DNA of 64,000 nucleotides from the NCBI RefSeq assembly GCF_006345805.1, contig NC_043000.1:129518001-129582000 (forward strand). Reading direction: 5' to 3'. How positions within the stretch are numbered: the stretch's first letter is position 1; every line of letters starts with the position of its first letter. The position numbers and the translations under genes are program-made. The notes beneath the pieces are model-generated. The model saw only the letters and a program-made list of their open reading frames with translations, was not told where the DNA came from and made no database searches. The DNA comes from Octopus sinensis. Taxonomy: Eukaryota. This document shows positions 11,342 to 25,644 of the stretch, piece after piece.

Positions 11342-12948
11342 CATAGTTACTTATATAAGCACTATAACACACACTCATATATCCCACAAATCACCGGTAA
11401 TATTTTGACTCAAAACAAAGAGCTTTGTCACTTTTGTTAGTGACCGGTTTGAATTCTACAAAGAATTTAAATAAATTTCAAAGCAAAACATACATACGTG
11501 CACTAGAGTTAGAAATCCGCCGTCCAGCAGACGTTAACATAACGTTGAAGATAAAAGACGAGAATATCTATGGCGAACTAATGAGAGATCTGCTGATAAT
11601 CTTTCTCTATTCAAGAGAAATTCGAAAGATAAAACCAGACGAACGAACGTACATATTGAATCTTAGAGACACACTCCATGACGTTCTTTATTTCTCTAGC
11701 ATTTCTTGTTAACTCTTTTTCACATTCCGTTATTTCTCTCTACCGTTTCTCCTGCTATCTTTGTTTCTGTTTCTCATTTACCGCCTTTTCATTCTCAACG
11801 CCTGTTTGTTTGCTTCTATACCAGTTATCATAGACCAAGTACACATGCGTGTGCGCACACATATCTTTGCTGACATGTTTATACGCTCATGAACACACAC
11901 ACACACACATTTTCTCTATTCTTTCTCAGTCTATTAATTCTCTGTATCTTTCATAAAATCTTCTTTCCTCTTCTCCCTTCCCTCTCATTGATTCTCTTTC
12001 TTTCTTTACTCATTCAATCCCCTCTGTTTGATTTAGTCTCATAAAATATATGTTCCCCTTTATTACAGCTTCAATATTTACTTTCCTATAACACTCGTTT
12101 CCTTTTTTATATTCTGTGATGTGCCCCGTATTTATATATCTATAAAAGAAAGTATTTTTGCCTATTTCTAAAACAGAAGAAAGGTTACGTATGTATGTAT
12201 GTATGTATGTATGTATGTATGTATGTATGTATGTATGTATGTATGTATGTAGCTATCTGTCTGTCTGTATCTCTATCTCCCAGTCTCCCCGTCTATCTGT
12301 CTGTTTGTGTGTCTGTCTGCTCGTGTATATATATGTGTATGTTTGCAGAGTTATGCAATACGTTTTTAGATTCCAAGGGAGATTATTCAAAACAATTTAT
12401 ATTAATTATCAATTATATATTTTCCCAAGAAATTCGCTACTTAAAAGTATGGTTGCTACTATACAGTTTCATTCACATGACCACATAACAGAAACCATCA
12501 ATCGAAGACTTATGCAACGACAAGAGATGATACATTAACAATAGCAGATGATATGGCATACAACGGGTTAACAACCATAAAGCTCGGTATATCGAGTGCA
12601 AATTCATCTAGTAGCTCAAAAGTAGATGAATCAATAATATATTGATGTAAATAAAGTTATGTCATACATATTGGAAGCATATAAATGCGATTTATGCATT
12701 GCAGAAAATGTCATGCTAATAGCAACAGATGCATATTATACAGACAATTTTTTTCTTACGATATTAGTAATACGACCTCCATAATATAAAATATTCAATG
12801 CTTTCTCTTTTTAAATCTAAAAATATATGTATAACACTTTAGAAGTAACTTAACGGCAGTCACGTAAGACTGTCAGTATCAACTAAAACAATACAACTTT
12901 ATATCACCTAAGCACAAAATCTTTTGTGGTCAACGAAAATCAATGCAT

Positions 12949-13344
12949 ACTCTTTTACTTGTTTCAGTCATTTGACTGTGGCAATGAAGGAGCACCGCCT
13001 TTAGTCGAGCAAATCGACCCCAGGACTTATTCTTTGTAAGCCTAGTACTTATTCTATCGGTCTCTTTTGCCGAACCGCTAAGTTACGGGGACATAAACAC
13101 ACCAGCATCGGTTGTCAAGCGATATTGGGGGACAAACACACACACACACACATATATATACATATACATATTATATATATACGACGGGCTTCTTTCAGTT
13201 TCCTTCTACCAAATCCACTCACAAGGCTTTGGTCGGCGCGTGGCTGTAGTAGTAGACACTTGCCCAAGGTGCCACGCAGTGGGACTGAACCCGGAACCAT
13301 GTTGTTGGTAAGCAAGCTACTTACCACACAGCCACTCCTACGCC
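12949..13344 (-). mobile_element. Full-length SINE family B (OR2/CORE-like)
   Basis: Minus strand GGCGTAGGAGTGGCTGTGTGGTAAG...CACCTTGGGCAAGTGTCT (CORE-like)...internal (TA)(TG) repeat...ACTGAAACAAGTAAAAGAGT. Confidence 0.9.
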
Positions 13345-14017
13345 TAGTTCATATGTCTCCAGTAGTTGTTCAGCAAATGATAAATCAAACATGAATGTGA
13401 TACCAAAAAATTTGCTTGTTATACCCATGCATGTACTCATACAGAAACAGTGATTAGTAGTTTGATCACAGGTGGAGGATCTTCAGATCGTGAAGTGGTA
13501 TAGAATGGGAAATGAAGTACAGACAAAGGGATACTGTGTTAGTGAGGTGTGAATGTGAGTTTGTGGCGGTTTATTTGCATGTAGTAATTTTGTATGTGTT
13601 AGTGTGAGCGTTGTTTAGACATGAGCTTTGTGGTAGTCAAAAGGAAACCAAAGTAAAATAAAATTAAATTATCAGTCATTTGGACAACGCATATATTTAT
13701 ACGTACGTGTGTATGTATGTATGTATGTATTATGTGTGTATGTATGTACGTGTGCATGTATGTATGTACGTGTGCATGTATGTATGTATATATGTGTGAA
13801 TATATGTATGTATATATGTGTGCATGTATGTATGTATGTATGTATGTATAAAATTAATGAAAAGAGAAATAATGAAGGAGTTTTAAAAATCCTTCATATT
13901 TCGGGGGCAATATAACATTAAAAAAAATACTTTCTGCATTGTCAGAAGCTTTCTTATTCCTCTTTTCATTCATTTTCTACTTTTGTACTACAATGCTTCA
14001 AATGAACTACAGTGCTC

Positions 14018-14048
<31 letters not shown>

Positions 14049-15700
14049 TGTATGTATGTATGTATGTATGTATGTATGTACGCAAGTTTCTATGTATGTA
14101 TGTATGTACGTATGTATGCATGTATGCATGCATGCATATATTATTTAGTTTTATTAATAAATATCTCGCCAATGGATCTAACCTAGATCCAAGGTTGCTT
14201 AATTGGAATTTCAACAACATCAAAAAGGTAGTTGTGCATGTAAGAGTGTGTGTATATGCGCAGATATCTGGCGTCAGTATATGTACAGATCTGTACGTTT
14301 TGATTTACGTGTCGTTGCATGTCTAGACATATGCACATGTACTTATATACTAAACATTTGGAAATTTTTTCATATATTTATTGTTTCATTGATGGCTTGT
14401 ATCAGTAATCTTAATTAGCTTTCAACCTTTCCGGTTTTGCGAACCCTAGTTTCTCAAGATTGGTGTCGAGTAGTTATATGTATAGGAAGGATTGTTTGAA
14501 CGAAGTCGCGTCTTGTCCTTGCTTTCGAAACGTGGAGTAGTTGAAACAGGGACAACTGAAGAAGGGGAATATTCTTTATGTTGTATGTCTCGTTTCTCTG
14601 TTTGTTTATTTCGTTGTTAAAAAAAAATTCGTTTTTATGTTTTTGTTTTTATGTTTTCGTTTCTCATTGTGTTAAACGTTTTTTTATGTCCTGCACACAT
14701 ATATGCATGTATATATACATGTATATGTAGGTATGTACATGTATGCATGTATATATGCATATATTTATATATTATTTATATTATTATATGATCGAACACC
14801 ACGCATCCTTTTCCAAGTATGTATAGATGTATGTATATGTATGCATGTATGCATGTATATCTACGATCTCCATGACAACATCGGTAATCAAGGTTGCCGA
14901 TTGACTGAAATTACCTGAATTGAAATGCTTGTTACCTCTTTACGTTTTAATATTTAGGAAAAAAAAAGTGAATTCGATTTTCATCGTAGGCATACAAAAT
15001 TACTCCAGAACATATTTTGAAAATGATCTGGTGAAAATTTGAAAACCTTCAAGCGGTTGACAAGAATTAAACAAAATTCGATATTTGCGTGCACAAGTGT
15101 CACTTCCATGAAATTGCTATGAAAATTATAATGAATGTCAGGACTTGTATAATGAAATTATATTAAAGCTTGGCACATCATCAGTCATGTTTGTGCTTGT
15201 TGATAATAACAATGTCCCATTCATATATCAATCTTGTGAAAAATCTTTTGGGATGTGTGCTTATCATATAAGGTATTGTAACTAGCCTAAATATATTTCT
15301 AAGAAAAATCCCGACACCTCATAGGACTCCTCTTTACCCTACCTCTCACCATCTGGTGATGCTCGTTTGACATCTACCACCTTCTTGTCATTCGACATTT
15401 TCCACTCCAAGTGTGTTTACACCGATTCTAGAAAGGGCGCTATTGACAAGGTTAAGACTCATTAGTAATAGATGATGCTGTAGTCTGGAACAGTTTGACT
15501 CTTCTTGTATGTTGTTTTAAGTAAAGCTAGAACTGGCAGCAAATTCAGTTAGGAATTCATTATACATCAACCGTCTCTTCTTGGTCCTTTTCTACTCGTT
15601 ATAGTTTCCAAGGCAACAAATACCAGAATTTGAAAGCACGATGTCCTTAGAATCACTATTTATTTACATTGATTATACACAAACTGAAATACAAAATCAG

Positions 15701-15764
<64 letters not shown>

Positions 15765-15780
15765 TGTATGCTTCTGGTTA

Positions 15781-16192
15781 GGTGTAGGCATGGTCGTACA
15801 GTTAAGAAGTTCGTTTGAAATCACATAATTTCCGATTCGGTCTTACTGAGAAGAACTTTGAATTTGTACTATAGCTCCGAGTCAATCAAAGGATAGCCGT
15901 TGAATTTAGGAGAAGGAAGTGTAGAAGTCCGTCGTATATATCTATATCACCCTCTATACCTACCAATCTCTCTCTCTCTCACTCTCTGTCTATCTTTCTA
16001 TACCTCTATACCTATCAATCTCTCTTTCTATCTATACTTATCAATCTCTCTCTCCCTCTTTCTCTCTCTATCTATAACTATCAATCTCTCCCTCTCTCTA
16101 CCTATCAGTCTCTCTCTTTCTATACCTATCAATCTCTCTCTCTCACTACCTATCAATCACTCTCTCTCACTACCTATCTATCCATCTCTCTA

Positions 16193-16274
<82 letters not shown>

Positions 16275-16535
16275 CCTCTCTTTCTCTTTCTCTCTATCTG
16301 TCTCTGTCTGTCTGTCTATCTATCTATATTCGTTTGCGCACTGCAACGCTTGACGATTGGTGTTGGTTTCTTTACAACTCCATAACGAAGCGATTCGGCA
16401 AAAAAGACCGACAAAAGGAGTACCAGAGTAAAGAATAAGTTCGGGGTCGGGGCACATTTGTTCGGCAAAATTATTTTTCAAAGTGCTGCCTCAGTATGGC
16501 GGCATTTCAACGATGAAAACAAATAAAAGAACAGA
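15781..16535 (+). mobile_element. Degenerate SINE family B split by an expanded (CT)/(TCTA) minisatellite
   Basis: 5' half at about 15781-15940 and 3' half at about 16330-16535; internal CTATACCTATCAATCTCTC-like units and (TCTA)n. Confidence 0.65.
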
Positions 16536-16559
16536 AGATCACACACACACACACACACA

Positions 16560-16590
<31 letters not shown>

Positions 16591-17059
16591 CACTGTTTTT
16601 GAAATATTGTAACTGTATTGTTTTCGCTTGGACTGTAATGTTTCTGTCAGTTGTATTGAGGCAAAAACAAAAAGAAAAAAGAAAAAAAAGAAGACATTTT
16701 CATAAGAAGATGACGTCTCAGAGTTTGAGATAAGAGGCAGAAATTTTCTTTGATTCAATTCATTGGATTTAAGTATTTAAGTTTTAATCAATACCCTGTG
16801 AAAGACGCTCAACAACAACAACAACAACAACAACAGCCGCAACAACTACAACAACGGACACCAAAGAAGTAGAAGCAGTAGTAGTAGTAGTAGTTACTAT
16901 ATTGTACTAAATGAAAAATCTAAAGGGAAAAAAGAAAAAAAACTGTTCAGATCGACTGATAGAACAGCAGCGACAAAACGACTAATAACGAATCTAATTA
17001 TAAAGATGCTGCTACTGCTAATAATAATGATAATAATAATAATGATAATAATAATAATG

Positions 17060-17111
<52 letters not shown>

Positions 17112-17370
17112 TGATGATAGTAAAAGTTAATAATAATAATAATTACTGCGATAGTAAAGAGCTTGGATTGATAATATCTGTTGGAAGCCAACCGTTTTAA
17201 CTTTAATCCGAATTTCTTCTATTTATTCACTTGTATCTATAAGCATATAGTCTCAATCTGGCGCTATAGATTCAATGTATTTCAATGACAGAATAGTTAA
17301 TATAGTTCGTTGAGAACAAAAAAAAACAAACCCGAAAAATGTACAAACAAAAACGATCCACCATAGTCGG

Positions 17371-17413
<43 letters not shown>

Positions 17414-17633
17414 AAAGGATGACCGAGGAGAGAGAAACAGAGAGATAGAAAGGAGAGGAGAGAGATGAAGAGGGGTGAGCGAGAGGAAGTGACTATAATT
17501 GAATTACTCAATAACCGACTGTTATTCACGCAAATACGATTGGTGAATAACCATGTATTCATGCAAGCACACACACACACACGCACATGCATATATATGC
17601 GTGTGTGCAAATGTGCCTATTCATATACATACA

Positions 17634-17707
<74 letters not shown>

Positions 17708-17836
17708 GTGTATATATAAACGTATATTTTCCTGTAATTGCATCTATGTCTGTCTTTTACGCCTTTCTTTTCGTTTTGTCTCTCTCTTTTTCTTGTATGT
17801 ATGCATGTATGTGAAAACACACACACATACATAAAC

Positions 17837-17876
<40 letters not shown>

Positions 17877-17975
17877 CATACATACATACATACATATATA
17901 TATATATCTTATATATATATATATATTATATATATATATACTATATATATATATATATACATGTATATATATATA

Positions 17976-18004
17976 CTGGCTGACGTACCCGGTAATTCCT
18001 GGGA
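17976..18004 (-). mobile_element. Possible Helitron 3' terminus
   Basis: Minus strand CCCAGG-AATTA-CCGGG hairpin, about 10 nt, then CCAG followed by T (one change from the CTAG^T end). No convincing 5' end found. Confidence 0.3.
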
Positions 18005-19784
18005 AAGTAGGGCTTATCCTTTGGTTCCGTTCTCATAATTGTTTCACTAATCCAATAACAACAATACAAAGTATATAGTCCTTAAAACGGTTTTTGGGCA
18101 TTTACAGAGAATACTGAACTGTCTTACACAATGCGTTCCCAGAGTATATAGAACATAAGAGGAAGTACTAATAAGGTATGTGTACTAAAATCGTGAAGCG
18201 TGTTACGTAATAACAGGCAAATAAGACACGAGATAATATCAATTCAAAGTAAATAACTCTGAAAAGTTTCCAGAGAATATTACCCTCAGGGGCGCTAGTG
18301 TTGGTATATTTGTGAATAAGTCCCTAACCAAAATAAGTGGACCTATTGTTTAGGAAAATACTATTTACTTGTTTAAGGGATGTACTGGATAAATTGCGAA
18401 AATAACTCTAACAGTTCAAATACTAAGAAATGAGCATACCCAATTTCATTTTTACCAAATAATTTAGGAAAATGGACGAGTTATTTCCCTTGGCTATATA
18501 TAAGGATGTGTATATTTTTTGTCTGTCTAGTATATATTATGTAGAAACTAAAGGAAGTGCAATGCTGCTTCTGTTGATAATAAACGAAATTCGAGATGCG
18601 GAAACTAAATTATTGTTAAATGAATTAATCTGATCTTATGACACTTAAGATCACTTTCACATTCATCAAAATTTAGGGATTGTAAAGTCTGGGTACGAAA
18701 CAGCTAATAATTCTTCTTATTAGAAGGTATTTATACAATATTTGTATTGCCCCGCCTTAGGCTCTCAACTCCTGGTGGAGACGCAGAGGCTCCGTTGCGA
18801 TATATGCCGTTCCTGAAGCATCTCAAATATCCTGTTTAAATCATAATCACGAGAGAGAGAGAGAGAGAGAGAGGAAGAGAGAGAGAGAGAGAGAGAGTGA
18901 GAGAGAGAGAGAGAGTGAGAGAGAAGGAACGCCCCAGTATTGAGTTGGTACTTCATTTATCGAATGTGAAAGAATTAAAGGCAAAGTTCATCACAGTGAG
19001 ATTTGAGCTCGAAGTACAGAAATCCAAAGCATACACTGCAAGTGATTTTATCCGACTCTGTTTTATCTCTACATTAAGTAAAGTATTAGTAACAGTTATG
19101 TAAGAAGTATTATTAACTGCTTTATATAATATGTCGAACCACAATGTAGAAACCTTCTCCGAATTATTGGTGATTTCTTGTGGCACTTGGAACATGTTAG
19201 TTGTTTCAGATGAAGTAAAGCGTTACTATAAACATCATTTTCGTTCAAAAGTTGACAATATTCTGCGGCCTACATTATTTGCTAAAAGATCTGGTAGCCT
19301 ATAATTGGCTCACTACAGTTGACAATATTAACAGAAGAGAACCATTGAAATGCTTCATTAAACACCTTCATGTAATATTTTAGGTATGCAAGAAACTATT
19401 CATACTTTAAATTCAGTTTCAGGTTTATAAGAGACCGTTTATACCTGAAATTTAAATTACCATAGAATCAAGCTTTGTAGTTTGGCTTTTCAAATCAAAA
19501 GTTCTTCTTTTCTCTGATCACTAACATCTATTTATCCCTCTTACAAAATGCCTGTTTTCTGCACTTATTACAATATGGCGTCTAACGACAGCGCTTCATA
19601 CAAAATGGCGTCTAACATCAGCGTTTCCTGCAACAGTTATTATTGCAACATTCATTCTTACAAGAGAGCTTACTATAACGGTAATTTTTATTATAATGTT
19701 GGTTCCTATAGCATTACCTCTTACAAGATTGTGCTTTGTTTTTGTGAAAATGCATTATGCAAAAAACTGAGAATATGTGTGTAC

Positions 19785-19826
<42 letters not shown>

Positions 19827-20483
19827 TGGAGAGAGAGAAAGATAGGGTTTTGGATGAGAGAAGCAGAAAAGAATATTTATGAGAGAAAGAATTACAGATG
19901 CGGATCAAGAAGAGAGTGAGAGAAGCAAAGAGGGATTTAGAGAGAAAGACAGAATAGATAAGAATGAAAGATGGCGTGTAAAGGTAGAAAAGGGAAAAAT
20001 ATAAAAAAAAGTAGTGGTAAAAGTAGTAGAGGTAGTAGTAGTAGTAGCAGTAGTAGTAGCAGAAGAAGAAGAAGAAGAAGAAGAAGAAGAAGAAGAAGAA
20101 GAAGAAGAAGAAGAAGGAGAAGAAGGAGAAGAAGTGGAAAAGGGGGTAGAAAAAGAACTAAAAGGAATTGAGGAAGAAGTTGGAAAGAAGATATAGAATG
20201 AGAGAATAAAGGAAGAGAAAGACAGGGAAGAAGAAAGAAACTATAGATAGTAGAAAGTAGCTATAACCAACAGAGGAATATTTGTGAGAGTAATTGACGT
20301 CATTTTTTAATTTTAGAAATGTTTGTGTTGACAATGATTGAAGACATATTAACCAGAAACACACAAGTACCATCAATCATTTTCAGAATTCTTGAAATAT
20401 CAGGAATGATATGTATGGAAGTCATACGTTCATCACTCATGTTGGGAAATGTTATTAGAAAGTTTGAAACTTATTGAAAGCCT

Positions 20484-20715
20484 AAAATATATGGAGGGAG
20501 ATGCATTCAATACATCTCTTTTTTTTTTTTAAAACCTTCAGGTTTTTATGGCTAAATTATGAGCACCACAAGGAGCATGTGACCTCTAAGTCAACGAGAC
20601 GTCATGACAGGAGACCATGACCGTTTCATGACTTCCGAGATTGGTGAGAACAACGACTTTTGTATGACTACTGACATTAAGCGAGAACATGACCTTCGAT
20701 ATTGGTAAGGCCATG
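20484..20715 (+). mobile_element. Probable DNA-transposon terminus with repeated CATGAC subterminal motifs
   Basis: 20484-20561 is the near-exact reverse complement of 26315-26386, followed by about six CATGAC/TATGAC motifs. Confidence 0.5.
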
Positions 20716-20722
20716 ACTTCTG

Positions 20723-21838
20723 CAACCTTTGAAGAAGAAGCAGAAGAAGAGGAAGAAGAAGCAGTAGAAGAAGAAGAAGAAGAAGAAGAAAAAGAAGAAG
20801 CAGTAATAGTAGTAGAAGAAGAAGCAGCAGTAGTAGAAGAAGAAGCAGCAGTAGTAGAAGAAGAAGCAGTAGGAGAAGAAGAAGAAGAAGCAGAAGTAGA
20901 AGAAGAAGAAGAAGCAGAAGAAGAAGAAGCACCAGTAGTAGTAGAAGAAGAAGAAGCAGTAATAGAAGAAGAAGAAGAAGCAGAAGAAGAAGAAGAAGCA
21001 GAAGAAGAAGAAGCACCAGTAGTAGTAGAAGAAGAAGAAGCAGTAGTAGTAGAAGAAGAAGAAGCAGTAATAGAAGAAGAAGCAGTAGAGGAAGAAGAAG
21101 AAGCAGTAATAGAAGAAGAAGCAGTAGAGGAAGAAGAAGAAGCATTAATAGAAGAAGAAGCAGTAGTAGTAGAAGTAGAAGAAGCAGTAATAGAAGAAGA
21201 AGCAGTAGTGTTAGAAGAAGAAGCACAGTAATAGAAGAAGAAGCAGTAGTGTTAAAGAAGAAGAAGCAGTAATAGAAGAGAAGCAGTAGAGAAGAAGAAG
21301 AAGCAGTAATAGAAGAAGAAGCAGTAGAGGAAGAAGAAGAAGCAGTAATAGAAGAAGAAGCAGTAGTAGTAGAAGTAGAAGAAGCAGTAATAGAAGAAGA
21401 AGCAGTAGTGTTAGAAGAAGAAGAAGCAGTAATAGAAGAAGAAGCAGTAGTGTTAGAAGAAGAAGAAGCAGTAATAGAAGAAGAAGCAGTAGAGGAAGAA
21501 GAAGAAGCAGTAATAGAAGAAGAAGCAGTAATAGAAGAAGAAGCAGTAGTAGAAGAAGAAGCAGTAATAGAAGAAGAAGAAGAAGAAGAAGAAGCAGAAG
21601 AAGTAGCAGAAGAAGAAGCAGTAATAGTAGTAGTAGTAGAAGAAGAAGAAGCAGTAATAGTAGTAGAAGAAGAAGAAGAAGCAGTAATAGTAGTAGAAGA
21701 AGAAGAAGCAGAAGAAGAAGTAGAAGAAGAAGAAGAAGAAGAAGAAGAGGCAGTAGAAGAAGAGAAGAAGAAGAAGAAGAAGAAGAAGAAGAGAAGAAGA
21801 AGAAGAAGAAGAAGAAGAGAAGAAGTGGAAAAGAAGTA
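20723..21838. repeat. 1.1-kb compound trinucleotide repeat (GAA/GCA/GTA/ATA) with higher-order duplications
   Basis: Directly visible; triplets are one-step GAA variants and the phase breaks near 21226-21295. Confidence 0.95.
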
Positions 21839-22506
21839 AGATAGATGCAGTCGATCTTTAGTTTCAACCCTCGAAGTCACCGTGTTTGGGAAATATATTT
21901 GGTAGGAAGGGTATGCCGGAGGAGATGAAAAGATTAGGGTGTGAAGTAGTGTATACACAGGGTAGGATCGAGAGAAGATGATGTAAGACTAATTAGTTCT
22001 GATGAGGAAAGAGCATAGTAGAAGCGATAGTATAGGCAACAAGAGAAAATATATTAGAAGGCTAACTTGTTAAAAACATCTTATGCTTTTCGGATAATAA
22101 TATTACAGATGTTGTGGTAGCGAATTCGATATTAGTTATTGCTTTCAAATTTTCCTCTTCTCACTTTTTTATTCCTTTTCGACTACCATCTACCATGAGA
22201 AATGATAATTATCCGAAAATTATCTTCTTTTCTTTTCCTTTAATATTCATTTTATAGTCTTTTTAACTTTTGCATTGTGTGTTTAATTTTTCCCCAATTA
22301 TTCTGGTTAAGAACAAATAACCCCGATTTGGTGGAAGAAAATTAGTTTTTTTTTTTCAAATTTTGTGAGCGGATTTGAGTTCAACTCTCGTCGAACTCAA
22401 CTTTGCTTTTCATACTTCCGGGGACAGAGTCTCTCTCCTGCACTAGAATCGATGGTATCAATTAACCCTCAAAATTTCATGCCTTGTACCTAATTCAGAC
22501 ACACTC

Positions 22507-22541
<35 letters not shown>

Positions 22542-22654
22542 CTCTTTCATCCAGATTCTTTTTTCCAGTCATCACGCCATGTTGGATAGTTGAACTTAGC
22601 ACATTTTCTCTCTCTCCGTATTTTTCATTCTCTCTCTATTTTTTTCTTCTTAAT

Positions 22655-22785
22655 CCTTTCTGTCGAAGAGCATAGGCTCGAAACATAAAAGATTCTTCCA
22701 TTTTTCCTGGGCGTTAAACTAATACACCTACTTGTTGTTCTTACACCTGTCTTCGTCTTTTGTTTTTTGTAAATTTGAACAATAT
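22655..22785 (+). mobile_element. PLE-like terminal repeat fragment with hammerhead-like motif (U6)
   Basis: CTTT-CTGTCGA-A-GAGC-ATAG-GCTC-GAAAC-ATA-AAAG; same family as 29829-29910. Confidence 0.6.
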
Positions 22786-22918
22786 GTACATACACACACA
22801 CACACACCACACGCGCGCGCACACACACACACATGTTTATTTTTATGTTTAGTTATAATAAAAAGAGTTTTACGTTAATCTGCAATGTTGCTCCACACTT
22901 TATAGTGTACAAACTTAC

Positions 22919-23042
22919 TTTTTAACAAGAATGGTATTGATAGTGACTTCAAAGCTATGGTCAGTAGAGTCATCATCAGATACTCCGATGGTTTAGGTGG
23001 CCGACACTTCAAAGTCACACTCAATACTATTCTTGTTAAAAA
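22919..23042. mobile_element. Small MITE-like inverted repeat
   Basis: Arms TTTAACAAGAATGGTATTGATAGTGACTT and AAGTCACACTCAATACTATTCTTGTTAAA (about 30 bp, few mismatches). Confidence 0.65.
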
Positions 23043-23253
23043 ATAACATGTATGTATATATGTATGTATGTATATATATATACATAATCAAGACTGCATA
23101 TATATAATATTCACAACAATCATTGGTGAAAATATGACTGAGCAATTATAGATACCAATGTTTCACTTACCTTCCTCTCAAATACACACACACACACACA
23201 CACACATACTCACACACACACACGCACGCACGCACGCACACACACACACACAC

Positions 23254-23295
<42 letters not shown>

Positions 23296-23628
23296 AAGCG
23301 TATACAAATTCGCATATACAGAAACAGGCAGATGTATACACGCTAATAGAAATTTCGGAAATTTGATACGATTGAGTAATGGCGCAACTTTATGTATCAT
23401 TATCACAATGTATAATAAATCTATTAAGAATTTTTTAAAAAACATATGTCCCTCGAGAGAAACGAGCAAACGATGTTTTAAATCTGCAATCAATTATCTT
23501 TTAATTTGCGGTTTATTTTCATGTCAAACGATATTGCTGGTGAAGGAGGGTGGGGGAAGACAAACACAGAAAGAAAATAAAAAAAACAGGCATATAATAT
23601 ATATATATATATAATATATATATTATAC

Positions 23629-23722
<94 letters not shown>

Positions 23723-24397
23723 CTATATATAATTGTATATGAAATGTATATATGTATATATATACATACATTTATATGTATGTATATTTTTGTAAGTATA
23801 TACATTTATGTATACATACATTTGCATGTATGTGTATTTATGTATCCATAAATTTGTATGTATGTGTATTTATGTATGTATATACATAAATTTGTATGTA
23901 TGTGTATTTATGTATGTATATATATATAAATTTACATAAATGCATAACACACACATATGTATATATATATATATATGCATATTTATGTCTATGTATATAT
24001 ATATATATATATATATACATACATATATATGCATATTGATGTCTATGTATATAAAAAGAAAATAATAAGAGTATATTCTTTTTCTCTCTCTCTCTCTGTA
24101 TATATATATATATAATATATATATATATATATACACACACATTAAAAAAACACGTCATACAATGAGAAAGAAAGAAAATATAATTTTATAACAAAAATAA
24201 AAGGAATGAACATTTGAAAATTATATATAAAAACAAAAGAAGAAATAAAAGCAAAAAAGTTACTGATAATGAAATCGTCTGTTTGAAAAATCAGCAAGCT
24301 ATTTGCTTACGTTCAAGAATGATTTAACTATTAATAATTAGTAAGTATGTATATATGCATGTCTGCGCTTATTTTTGTTTGTGAGTGTATATGTATG

Positions 24398-24465
<68 letters not shown>

Positions 24466-24876
24466 TATGTATCGAGATACATACGTATATATATATATGT
24501 TTACATATATTTGTTAATCAAATTTAACTGAAATATATATAGTAGATAAAATATGATTTAGAAGTTTGACCAACTCAGTCAAATACTATCATAAACTGTA
24601 TATTCTTAGCATTCTCTTGGGTAAATTAAAAATCATATCAGCATTTAATGAATAATATATCTATCACACAGCAATGTGATAAACGGAATCAGTTGAATGA
24701 ATTTTACTCCTCAGAGCCATCCAGTTTTTTGTTAAAATTCACTTCGGTAAAGGCTATAGAATATATGTCATAGCTGACACTCGCTTCTTTGTAACGAAGA
24801 GTTATTGCTCAAAGACAAGTTAACCAGCTGACAACTGTGCATTAAAATATAGAAAAATTCAGGTGTTTCAAATACC

Positions 24877-25279
24877 TATTTCTTTACTACACACAAGGTG
24901 CTAAACACAGAGAAGACGAACAAGGACAGACAAACGGATTAAGTCGATTATATCGACCCCAGTGCGTAACTGGTACTTATCTAATCGACCCCGGAAGGAT
25001 GAAAGGCAAAGTCGACCTCGGCGAAATTTGAACTCGGAACGTAGCGGCAGACGAAATACCTATTTCTTTATTACCCAAAAGAGGCTAAACATGGAGGGCA
25101 CAAACGGATTAAGTCGATTACATCGACCCCAGTGCGTAACTGGTACTTAATTTATCGACCCCGAAAGGATGAAAGGCAAAGTCGACCTCGACGGAATTTG
25201 AACTCAGAACGTAGCGGCAGACGAAATACCGCTAAGCATTTCGCCCGGCCTGCTAACGATTCTGCCAGCTCGCCGCCCT
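24877..25279 (-). mobile_element. SINE family A dimer
   Basis: Full unit plus 5'-truncated unit joined at AAAGAAATA|GGTATTTCGTC. TSD GGTGTTTCAAATACC (24862-24876) and GGTATTTCAAGTACC (25280-25294), 13/15 identical. Confidence 0.9.
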
Positions 25280-25644
25280 GGTATTTCAAGTACCGCGCAA
25301 CATAAATTCTTGATTTATTAAAATCATCTCCGCTTCTAGACGATGTATCATGATTAACAAATGGCATATAAGACCGGCTCCACTTTACAACGAGAGTTAA
25401 TTCAAAGATCTCTAAAGTCGACATGCTGTAAAGGAAAAGGACAGGTGTATAGTCTGGAGATAAGAGGACAGTCGTAGACGTGTTTCCGGTTTATTAGAAG
25501 TCATGAGCACAATAAATCACCGACCCGCTAGAAATAGTAGTCAAATTGCTACAGGGTATTAACGGATAAGTTGGATACTGTAATTCTAGATATACACAAA
25601 GGTGAGACTGTTATGATTAGAAGATCTGTAATTGTATGTATGAC

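Noticed and set aside
14535-14640. CTGAAGAAGGGG (and its relative CTGATGAAGGG on the minus strand near 61690) as hammerheads
   Set aside because: No closable stem II adjacent to GAAA; possibly two copies of another degenerate repeat.
20542-20704. Apparent plus-strand exon (TTCAG| ... TTG|GTAAGG; MTGDHDRFMTSEIGENNDF...)
   Set aside because: All three frames stop after the acceptor, the acceptor lies within a repeat also present inverted at 26315, and the body is a CATGAC motif array.
20591-21958. Long ORFs of 455, 180, 218 and 143 aa (poly-Glu, Ser, Leu)
   Set aside because: Translations of the GAA/GCA/GTA array, with phase breaks and no splice context.
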